From a virus (taxonomy: Duplodnaviria > Heunggongvirae > Uroviricota > Caudoviricetes), in IMG/VR virus record IMGVR_UViG_2939521961_000009: a stretch of DNA of 64,000 nucleotides. The stretch is one strand, 5' to 3'. Positions 48,209 through 55,915 of this stretch are shown piece by piece. Positions within the stretch are counted from its first letter, which is position 1; every line of letters begins with the position of its first letter. The position numbers were made by a program, and so were the translations under genes. The notes under the pieces were generated by a model, which was not told the origin of the DNA, searched no databases, and was given only the letters and a program-made list of their open reading frames with translations.

Positions 48209-48496
48209 TCAGAGAATGCGTTTGACCGCCTCGCTATATACTTCCGAGCGTTCTCTTTTCCCAACAGAAATCACGAAAACGACAACTTTCTCGTCTATAA
48301 CCTGGTATACAAGGCGATAGCCTGAAGACCGGAGCTTAATCTTGTAACAATCAGGCATACCACGGAGCTTGTTTGCTTCAATCCGGGGTGACTCAAGTAC
48401 TTCAACCAGCTTCTTTTTCAACTGTTCACGTACCGTCGAGCCCAGCTTTCGCCATTCCTTTAGTGCCCGCTCGTCAAAATCCAGAAAATACGCCAT
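48209..48496 (-). CDS. relE: RelE mRNA interferase toxin
   Basis: 95 aa MAYFLDFDERALKEWRKLGSTVREQLKKKLVEVLESPRIEANKLRGMPDCYKIKLR... Confidence 0.9.
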   Translation of the reverse strand: MAYFLDFDERALKEWRKLGSTVREQLKKKLVEVLESPRIEANKLRGMPDCYKIKLRSSGYRLVYQVIDEKVVVFVISVGKRERSEVYSEAVKRIL

Positions 48497-48735
48497 CAGA
48501 GTTCATCCAGCGTCACACGTACTGGCTTAGGATTACGAAGCCGTTCTTTCACTATCTCCACAAGTTCAGCATCTTCATCACTCAGGAGTGTCTGTTTGAA
48601 CGGCAAGCGTTCATTGTCAGCGATATACTCGAGCATGAGACGAAGCGCTTCAGAAGGAGTTACACCCATTTTTTCAAGCGCGGCGTAAGAACGCGCTTTA
48701 AGTTCATCGTCAATACGCAGGTTAATGCTACCCAT
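48496..48735 (-). CDS. relB: RelB antitoxin
   Basis: 79 aa MGSINLRIDDELKARSYAALEKMGVTPSEALRLMLEYIADNERLPF...; stop overlaps relE start. Confidence 0.9.
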   Translation of the reverse strand: MGSINLRIDDELKARSYAALEKMGVTPSEALRLMLEYIADNERLPFKQTLLSDEDAELVEIVKERLRNPKPVRVTLDEL

Positions 48736-49217
48736 GTCTTACACCTCTTGTAATTACAAATGTCATTACAAGTATCGCACTACAACATGCTTAGGGCAAG
48801 TCACGAAGGAAGTCAGAAAGTAGTCGTAAGAACGGTGATCACTGTCCGCTTTGTGCCAGGAGCAGCCATTGCTAAGTCCATCCTGTATTGTGCAGGTCAG
48901 CTCGTTTTTAAAGAGTCCGGCCATCATCTTACTGGTACAGACACCATATACTTTGTGACGGTCAGGCTACATATGCACAACTCAACTTATTCATCTATTT
49001 TTTGCTTTAGCATGTCAGTGTTGCTTTCTCGTCGGCGGGTGAGCGGTGACCTGACCTGTCGATAAAGGAACGTAGCACGTTTTATGCAACACCCGCATGC
49101 GGCAGAAAATTATTGCCGAACGTTTACCCCTGTCAACAAGCTTTACTTTCTGAGGCGCGCCAGCCCGCGAGGAAAACAATCTGAACATCAAACAATTAAT
49201 GACACAAGAAATACGAT

Positions 49218-49244
49218 TAAAGATTTTTTTGTGCATGCCGATAG
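49218..49244 (+). promoter_or_regulatory. Sigma-28 (FliA) class promoter upstream of flxA
   Basis: TAAAGATT-N11-GCCGATAG matches TAAAGTTT-N11-GCCGATAA consensus ~25 nt upstream of flxA start. Confidence 0.6.
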
Positions 49245-49267
49245 TGCTTTTTTAAAAGGAGAAATCT

Positions 49268-49600
49268 ATGTCTGTCACAATTCAGGGAAATACCTCAACC
49301 GTTATTTCAAACAACTCCGCCCCGGAAGGAACATCAGAAATAGCCAAAATCACAAGACAAATTCAGGTGCTGACTGAAAAGCTTGGGAAAATCTCATCGG
49401 AAGAGGGGATGACGACACAGCAGAAAAAAGAAATGGCTGCATTGGTACAGAAGCAAATTGAAAGCCTCAGGGCTCAACTGGAGCAGTTGTTAAGGCAGCA
49501 GGCAGAGAAAAAGAATAAAGACGCGACAGTTCAGCCTGATAAAAAAGAAGAGAAAAAAGACGATACAAATACCGCTGGCACCATTGATATTTACGTCTAA
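49268..49600 (+). CDS. flxA: FlxA-like protein
   Basis: 110 aa MSVTIQGNTSTVISNNSAPEGTSEIAKITRQIQVLTEKL... Confidence 0.85.
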   Translation: MSVTIQGNTSTVISNNSAPEGTSEIAKITRQIQVLTEKLGKISSEEGMTTQQKKEMAALVQKQIESLRAQLEQLLRQQAEKKNKDATVQPDKKEEKKDDTNTAGTIDIYV

Positions 49601-49614
49601 GTGACAGCCGTATT

Positions 49615-49640
49615 GTGGCCCTCATCGGGCCACTTTTCGC
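49615..49640 (+). terminator. Rho-independent terminator after flxA
   Basis: GTGGCCC-TCATC-GGGCCAC followed by TTTTCGCC. Confidence 0.55.
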
Positions 49641-49794
49641 CATCAGCCTTTTCTTTAAAGACATATTATCTTTGTATCATTTCTGATAGTTAACATTACA
49701 AGATATAAGTAATGGACGCACTCCCAATTAGTCTATTTAAATCGCCACGAGTTTAACTGACAACCCATGATCAATTATGAATTGCAACTATTTC

Positions 49795-51438
49795 TGTAGT
49801 CACTTTTGTGGGGACAGTCCACAAAACTGCCAACTTCCGCTTCTTGCTCTTAGCGGACATTAGCATAGGCTATTTACCATAACGCCTCATTACGCGCACC
49901 GCCCAGACTGACTCAGCGCGTTTCTGGCATATCCCCGGTAAAACAAGTAACAAACCACCCGAAAATGAACATCAGAAACGCGACTTAAGAATCTACCCTA
50001 TGAATGGATATGCACTCAACCGAATCGATCTTGGTTTCAATCTATTTTATCGGGATCAGGCTTCTTTTTAGGTAACTTCGGGGGCTTAACTTGCTGATGA
50101 CTTTGCGTTCGGCGCGTAAGCCAGGGATGGTCAGCTTTAGATTTAACATAGTATTTTGAGCGTAAATCAATACGGGCATTATCCACTCGTTCATGGACAC
50201 TCTTTTCATCATCCAGTGGTATAGGCTCCGGGCCATCAACATACTTTTCCCAGCCCAGCGCTTTCCCGTCATACAGAACGTTAATTTCACCGTCAAAGTT
50301 CTCACATACAGTAACAACCGAATGCCTAAGTCGATATCCCCGGCCCTCACTGCGTACCTGAAACGCACTGCTTTTGTACTGGAAAGTGAGATTTTTAGAC
50401 AGAACGCGCTTCGCCTGTAGGCTGAAGATATAACCCAGTTCCTCTTCAGAATGGTGCACATCAAGATGAGCATTATCAGTAGTACGAGGCGACGTAGCGA
50501 ACCGGTTGTTATAGGCTTCAATAAAGGTCGGCAACCATGCATTTGCTGTTTCAATATCACTGATATTCTGAAGCCGCATTTCTTTGACCAGCCTGTCCTG
50601 TAGTGTCTGATTGGCGCGCTCTACCCGCCCTTTTGCCTGCGGGCTGTTGGCATGGATTGGCTCGATGCCCAGTGTCTTTATCGCACGAGTGAACTGGGTC
50701 AGCTCACCTTCCCGCTCTGGGTTATTTACCCTGAATATACTGTGTCTATCAGAGTAGAGAGCGAGCGGTACGCCATGATCATTAAGGTAACCCCGGAGGG
50801 TTTCCATGTAAGCCCGGGTTGTTTCAGCAGGCACAAAACGCAACGCCATCAACGCACTGGTGGCATCATCAATGAAAACGATCAGTGTACATCTGGGGCC
50901 TCGATTTTCAAACCAGTCATGAGGTGAGCCATCAATCTGGATCAGTTCACCGTAAGATGGTCGTCGCATGCGGCGTTGATATATACGGGCAATTTTACGA
51001 CGGCGTTCACGCCATAACCCCTCTTCTATCATCCACTTTCTGAGAGTTTCAACGGATAAAGATAAACCGTGTATCTCGCGCAATTTTTCGCACGCAAACG
51101 TAGGTCCAAAATCAGCGTAACGGCCTTTGAGGAGTGAAATTACTGTTGCTCTGAATTCAGTAGAAAAGGAATTATTAGGACGCTTTCCACGTCGGTGGGA
51201 AACCAGACCAGAAGGCCCTTCATTTCTATACCGTTGCACCAGACGTTTAACCTGCCGAATAGAAATGCCAATGCGTGCCGCAGCTTGTTCCTGAGTAATA
51301 TGTCGATTAATTGACTCCTGAATAATCTGAAGTCGGTGGAGTTCCTTATGACTCATCGTAACAGTCTCTTTGATCATGAAAAATCCCCCAGAGAATTGTC
51401 TGGGGACATTTTAGAATGGTTCAAAGGGGACATTACAG
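49795..51438 (-). mobile_element. Insertion sequence carrying single rve-type DDE transposase (IS481/ISNCY-like); boundaries approximate
   Basis: Single 446-aa HTH+integrase-core transposase; candidate TGTA-initiated imperfect ends; no target duplication confirmed. Confidence 0.4.
50037..51377 (-). CDS. DDE (rve/integrase-core) transposase with N-terminal HTH
   Basis: 446 aa; LIQIDGSPHDWF...IDDATS...YSDRHSIF... integrase-core-like D,D,E spacing. Confidence 0.75.
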   Translation of the reverse strand: MIKETVTMSHKELHRLQIIQESINRHITQEQAAARIGISIRQVKRLVQRYRNEGPSGLVSHRRGKRPNNSFSTEFRATVISLLKGRYADFGPTFACEKLREIHGLSLSVETLRKWMIEEGLWRERRRKIARIYQRRMRRPSYGELIQIDGSPHDWFENRGPRCTLIVFIDDATSALMALRFVPAETTRAYMETLRGYLNDHGVPLALYSDRHSIFRVNNPEREGELTQFTRAIKTLGIEPIHANSPQAKGRVERANQTLQDRLVKEMRLQNISDIETANAWLPTFIEAYNNRFATSPRTTDNAHLDVHHSEEELGYIFSLQAKRVLSKNLTFQYKSSAFQVRSEGRGYRLRHSVVTVCENFDGEINVLYDGKALGWEKYVDGPEPIPLDDEKSVHERVDNARIDLRSKYYVKSKADHPWLTRRTQSHQQVKPPKLPKKKPDPDKID

Positions 51439-51830
51439 CTTGGTGTTAACAATAGCCTGCTTCTCCTTGCCTTCCGGCACTCGCGACAGATTATGTTTAG
51501 ACGACTGTCGTAGCGACGTATTTCTCCGTCAGGTAATGACCAGATAAGGTCCGGATCAACCACAGCAGGTTTCTTCACCTTTGCCCTCGAGAGTTTTTTG
51601 CGGGCGTTTTGCCAGTCCTTACGCGCCTGTTCAGACGGGAATAACCCGTAACCAGAGCTGTATACATCGCCACTGGCAACCAGCTCTCTGGCCAGAACGC
51701 TCATCAGATATCTTGTTGCCCCAGTTTTAGCTTCCAGTTGTCGTAACGTCTCGCGCCCACTCTGGCGTACGAGTTCCACCACCTGCCCTTTAATTTTTTC
51801 CCGCTCTTCTTGTGTAAAAACTTTTGCCAC
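51411..51830 (-). CDS. Hypothetical replication-region protein, C-terminus probably altered by IS insertion
   Basis: 139 aa; ORF terminates within ~30 bp of the IS boundary. Confidence 0.4.
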   Translation of the reverse strand: MAKVFTQEEREKIKGQVVELVRQSGRETLRQLEAKTGATRYLMSVLARELVASGDVYSSGYGLFPSEQARKDWQNARKKLSRAKVKKPAVVDPDLIWSLPDGEIRRYDSRLNIICRECRKARRSRLLLTPSCNVPFEPF

Positions 51831-51870
51831 AAGTCCTCCTGAACATTACTTTATACCCTAAAATCAACAC

Positions 51871-52890
51871 TTATCCCCTGAAACCAGGCGGAATTTCTGT
51901 ATCCGGTTCAGAAATATGATTCACACAACGCTGTACAGGTGAACGTCCCAGGCGGATGACCAGTTCGTCCCATTTTTCGCGGAGTTTTGACGGGCTCATG
52001 ATGTTTTTTACCCAGAATTGATCTCGCTGTACCCGACCAAACATTTCGCAAATTTGTCTGTGGCTTCTGCCATCCAGCATCCGCATTGTGCGCACGTCAT
52101 TGGCCCAGGCTGTCCAGTTAGGCTCTTTTGGTCGCATGATCTCTCCATCGTCGCTGGCAGCCTGTTCGTAAAGGTTCACGATCCGCCCCCAAATCCACTG
52201 CGCACACGCCAAATCCTCCCTGCTACCCCACTGGCGTTTTTTCGCACTAAACACAACCGCGTCGGGGTTCCGGGTTAAAAAATCCTGTTCAGCGGTCTGC
52301 TGGTCCGGTTGCGAAGCTTCCGGACGAAAAGTGTTTTTATTCTCTGTAGTAATCTCTGTTGTATTCTCTGTAAGATCATCAGGCCATTTTGACCCGATGA
52401 CATTGGGTCGTTTTGAACCAATGGAGCGTTTCATTTTGACCTCTTCCATCGTGTCATTTTGACCTGATGGAGCGGCGCATTTTAAACCGATGGATTCGCT
52501 CAATTTGCCACCATCTAAAAGCTCGCTCCCGTAGTTGATCGTGTAGAAATTGGTCATATCGCGCTTTGATTTATTGAGCTTTTCACAACGCAAAAGCCCC
52601 AGCGTTTTCAGACTTGCAAACGCGCGCTTTAACGTTGACTCTGACCAGAATGGGAACTGTTCCAGCCATTGTTCCGTTGTGTTGTAAATCCAGCGAACAC
52701 CATCACATTCCATGCCGGAATTGGTATCTCTCAACCAGTAATGCAACTGCTGCAACACAATGGCTTCATTTAAGCCAATCTTCATCGCAAGCTGTGTGTT
52801 TATAACCAGTGGGCGTTCAGCAAAAAGAAGGCTCATAATTCCATCCAGCTTTTTGTTGGTATTGCTGTCGATACGCAAGTTTGAAAGCAA
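51871..52890 (-). CDS. Putative replication initiation / replisome-organiser-like protein
   Basis: 339 aa; N-terminal winged-helix-like segment; position downstream of cro-like gene. Confidence 0.45.
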   Translation of the reverse strand: MLSNLRIDSNTNKKLDGIMSLLFAERPLVINTQLAMKIGLNEAIVLQQLHYWLRDTNSGMECDGVRWIYNTTEQWLEQFPFWSESTLKRAFASLKTLGLLRCEKLNKSKRDMTNFYTINYGSELLDGGKLSESIGLKCAAPSGQNDTMEEVKMKRSIGSKRPNVIGSKWPDDLTENTTEITTENKNTFRPEASQPDQQTAEQDFLTRNPDAVVFSAKKRQWGSREDLACAQWIWGRIVNLYEQAASDDGEIMRPKEPNWTAWANDVRTMRMLDGRSHRQICEMFGRVQRDQFWVKNIMSPSKLREKWDELVIRLGRSPVQRCVNHISEPDTEIPPGFRG

Positions 52891-53338
52891 TTGCTTTTTC
52901 TATAAGTTCGTCAGTTTCACGATCCACTACGGCAGGATCAGCAAAAAGCAGTCCGGACTCCACCACATCGCCATATTCTTTGTTTAACCCGGCGATCATG
53001 TACGTGATGCTTTTTCCGTCACTAATTTCACGATACAACCTGAAATCATTAATCCGAATAGCCTCCATAATTGCAGGCACTAGCGCCGTGAACTTTTCAC
53101 GCTTATCCCTGGTGTCGATAGCCTTCCAGCGTTCGAATATCTTCACTCGATTAACGCCAAGTGCTCGCTGATCAACCGCGCCACCTTCATCTGTGACACG
53201 CTGAACATCGATGTTCGGGCGCTCTTTCAAAGCCCAGAATGCTTCAGTGATTAATATCGTCGCCTGCTCCTGTGTCATTCCTGGTCGACATATCCAGGCA
53301 TCCAGAGCCTCACGAGCCTGTTCAGGAGTGATTTTCAT
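52817..53338 (-). CDS. Hypothetical protein (YdfX/YdaT-position)
   Basis: 173 aa ORF immediately downstream of dicC-like gene. Confidence 0.4.
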   Translation of the reverse strand: MKITPEQAREALDAWICRPGMTQEQATILITEAFWALKERPNIDVQRVTDEGGAVDQRALGVNRVKIFERWKAIDTRDKREKFTALVPAIMEAIRINDFRLYREISDGKSITYMIAGLNKEYGDVVESGLLFADPAVVDRETDELIEKAIAFKLAYRQQYQQKAGWNYEPSFC

Positions 53339-53549
53339 TGTTCAACCGCCCCGCCCGCTTCGTCTTACGATATTCGTCATAAACCTTGGGATCATACAGA
53401 AGCTCGCCGCCAGATGCCTCCTGTAGACGCATCGCGCGACCTTCAGGAACCAGCTCTTGCCATTGAGAAACAGCAGATGGGTCAACGCCAGCAGCTTTCG
53501 CTACTTTGGCTTTCGTACCGTAAAAATTAATTACGTCTGATTTAAACAT
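53322..53549 (-). CDS. dicC: Cro-like repressor DicC-like
   Basis: C-terminus ...LVPEGRAMRLQEASGGELLYDPKVYDEYRKTKRAGRLNNENHS matches DicC as recalled; start at MFKSDVINFYG. Confidence 0.8.
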   Translation of the reverse strand: MFKSDVINFYGTKAKVAKAAGVDPSAVSQWQELVPEGRAMRLQEASGGELLYDPKVYDEYRKTKRAGRLNNENHS

Positions 53550-53626
53550 CGCACCTCCAATATTGAGTTTTCTCAATGCTAATCACTCAAGGAATCTCAA
53601 GTCAAGGGTTATTAAGATATCTAAAT
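53550..53626. promoter_or_regulatory. Divergent promoter/operator region between dicC and dicA
   Basis: Intergenic region between divergently transcribed repressor genes. Confidence 0.5.
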
Positions 53627-54034
53627 ATGAACGAGAAAACTTTAGGTCAACGCATTAGAGAAAGACGTAAGCAGGTAGGCTTAAGTCAAAACGGTTTAAG
53701 CAAAGCTGCTGGCGTATCTGGCTCATCAATTTCATTATGGGAAAGTGACCATACAGCCCCGCGCGGGCAAAATTTGCATCGCCTCGCCGAGGTATTGCAA
53801 TGTTCACCAACTTGGATACTGTTTGGCGACGAGGACAAAACACCAGCTCCCCCTGTTTCACTCGATAGTGCCTTAGACTTATCGGAAGATGAGTTAGAGA
53901 TGCTGCGTTTGTATCGCGCACTTCCTAAATCAGAGCAACAAGCACAACTCAGCGAACTCCGCGCCCGCGTTGAGAATTTTAATCGCCTGTTCACCGAGCT
54001 ATTAGAGGCTCGCAAACGCAACAAGCATCAATAA
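53627..54034 (+). CDS. dicA: CI-like HTH repressor DicA-like
   Basis: 135 aa; ...LAEVLQCSPTWILFGDEDK... and ...RARVENFNRLFTELLEARKR matching DicA as recalled. Confidence 0.85.
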   Translation: MNEKTLGQRIRERRKQVGLSQNGLSKAAGVSGSSISLWESDHTAPRGQNLHRLAEVLQCSPTWILFGDEDKTPAPPVSLDSALDLSEDELEMLRLYRALPKSEQQAQLSELRARVENFNRLFTELLEARKRNKHQ

Positions 54035-54226
54035 TCATCCCTTCACAAAATTTTAAAGCCTTACATTTCAATGTATTGGCTTTATCTTGCGCCAACACTT
54101 GAGTTTTCTCATCAAAAAACCTTGACGAAAAATAATGAGAAAACTAAATTACCTCCATCAAGACACCGCACGGTGTTCTCAGCAAACAGTTCCGCTACCC
54201 CGGCGTTAAGGGGAAATGAGGTCAGC

Positions 54227-54382
54227 ATGGATACTATCGATCTTGGCAACAGCGAATCTCTGGTATGTGGCGTGTTCCCCAACCAGGACGGCACGTTCAC
54301 CGCGATGACGTATACCAAAAGCAAAACGTTTAAAACCGAAAATGGTGCCCGTCGCTGGCTGGAAAGAAACTCAGGTGAGTGA
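54227..54382 (+). CDS. ydfA: YdfA-like small protein
   Basis: 51 aa MDTIDLGNSESLVCGVFPNQDGTFTAMTYTKSKTFKTENGARRWLERNSGE. Confidence 0.8.
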   Translation: MDTIDLGNSESLVCGVFPNQDGTFTAMTYTKSKTFKTENGARRWLERNSGE

Positions 54383-54383
54383 T

Positions 54384-54959
54384 ATGGATTTCAACACAAT
54401 CATGGAAAAGGCTTACGAAGAATACTTCGAAGGCCTTGCCGAAGGCGAAGAAGCTCTCAGCTTCAGTGAGTTTAAACAGGCACTCAGAATAAGAATGTGC
54501 TCTCACAATGACGCGGAGCACAAATATGAGAAGCAAAATCAGACCGCAGAAAATTTTGTTCTGGAACCCGGAGAAACGCTTTTCAAAATTCCCGTTACGT
54601 GCCCCATTTGCGGTTTTACATCAGAAGAACTTGACGACTCCTGTAACAATCAGGAAACAACCAAGTATGTCGAAGATGATACCGAGTGCGCACGAAGAAC
54701 GATTATATCCACGAGTCCAAACTCCAGGACCAATAAATCTCACTATGAGAGGGTGATTAATCCACTCCCCCAAACCAATAAAAAAGATGCCGGAGGACAA
54801 AAAACCCAATGGAACAACGGGATATCTGTCAAAAAAAGACGTTCCATTAAAGACAAACAACGCAGCGCCAACAACTGTAAGCGCTTTATACCAGTAATCA
54901 ATTTTCATGTTCTTAAGCGGATTTATTGGTGGTTGCGACATTGCTTAATGAATCCTTAA
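54384..54959 (+). CDS. YdfB/YdfC-like protein (longer single ORF)
   Basis: Starts MDFNTIMEKAYEEYFEGLAEGEE...; contains CPICGF. Confidence 0.55.
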   Translation: MDFNTIMEKAYEEYFEGLAEGEEALSFSEFKQALRIRMCSHNDAEHKYEKQNQTAENFVLEPGETLFKIPVTCPICGFTSEELDDSCNNQETTKYVEDDTECARRTIISTSPNSRTNKSHYERVINPLPQTNKKDAGGQKTQWNNGISVKKRRSIKDKQRSANNCKRFIPVINFHVLKRIYWWLRHCLMNP

Positions 54960-55218
54960 AACTGTGGTGATTTTAAGGATACCACCTCGCCTGACGTGGT
55001 TAAAAGCAGGCACACAACACGAAAGCGCACGGCGAAGTTCGTCTCACTGTACGGTGTCGTTAAATTTAATTCGACCGTGCGCTTCCGGTTGTGGCAACCC
55101 GCAAAATGGCGCGGCGGTAAGTATGGCGGGGTTATTCCTTCCCCGTTGAGGACACCGGGTTGTCAGGTTGACCATACGCTTAAGTGACAACCCCGCTGCA
55201 ACGCCCTCTGTTATCAAT

Positions 55219-55271
55219 TTTCTGGTGACGTTTGGCGGTATCAGTTTTACTCCGTGACTGCTCTGCCGCCC
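55219..55271 (+). ncRNA. dicF: DicF small regulatory RNA
   Basis: tttctggtgacgtttggcggtatcagttttactccgtgactgctctgccgccc followed by T-run; matches DicF as recalled. Confidence 0.8.
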
Positions 55272-55445
55272 TTTTTAAAGTGAATTTTGTGATGCGGTGA
55301 ATACGGCTAAGCGCACGCGGAACAGTTAAAACCAAAAACAGTGTTATGGGTGGATTCTCTGTATCCGACGTTAATTGTTAACTGGTTAACGTCACCTGGA
55401 GGCACCAGGCACTGCATCACAAAATTCATTGTTGAGGACGCGATA

Positions 55446-55634
55446 ATGAAAACGTTATTACCAAACGTTAATACGTCTGAAGGTTGTTTTGAAATTGGTG
55501 TCACTATCAGTAACCCTGTATTTACTGAAGATGCCATTAACAAGAGAAAACAAGAACGGGAGCTATTAAATAAAATATGCATTGTTTCAATGCTGGCTCG
55601 TTTACGTCTGATGCCAAAAGGATGTGCACAATGA
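55446..55634 (+). CDS. dicB: Cell-division inhibitor DicB
   Basis: 62 aa MKTLLPNVNTSEGCFEIGVTISNPVFTEDAINKRKQERELLNKICIVSMLARLRLMPKGCAQ. Confidence 0.9.
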   Translation: MKTLLPNVNTSEGCFEIGVTISNPVFTEDAINKRKQERELLNKICIVSMLARLRLMPKGCAQ

Positions 55635-55822
55635 ATTCAGCATTTGCGCTTGTTCTGACAGTTTTTCTTGTTTCCGGAGTGCCAGTTGATATTGCAGTCA
55701 GTGTTCACAGGACAATGCAGGAGTGTATGACTGCAGCAACCGAACAGAAAATTCCCGGTAACTGTTACCCGGTCGATAAAGTTATTCACCAGGATAATAT
55801 CGAAATCCCGGCAGGTCTTTAA
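55631..55822 (+). CDS. ydfD: YdfD-like lysis protein
   Basis: 63 aa MNSAFALVLTVFLVSGVPVDIAVSVHRTMQECMTAATEQKIPGNCYPVDKVIHQDNIEIPAGL. Confidence 0.85.
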   Translation: MNSAFALVLTVFLVSGVPVDIAVSVHRTMQECMTAATEQKIPGNCYPVDKVIHQDNIEIPAGL

Positions 55823-55915
55823 AACAGTTCCGTAATAAATATCCGGTTTCATTCTTATATGCCAGCAATGGCAGGGATTTGTTCATCCTTAAATCTGTCA
55901 TGAGGTTAAAACAAA

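Noticed and set aside
49800-51420. GGGGACA-containing motifs near both ends of the rve-type IS as terminal inverted repeats
   Set aside because: The two copies are in direct orientation, so they cannot be the inverted repeats.
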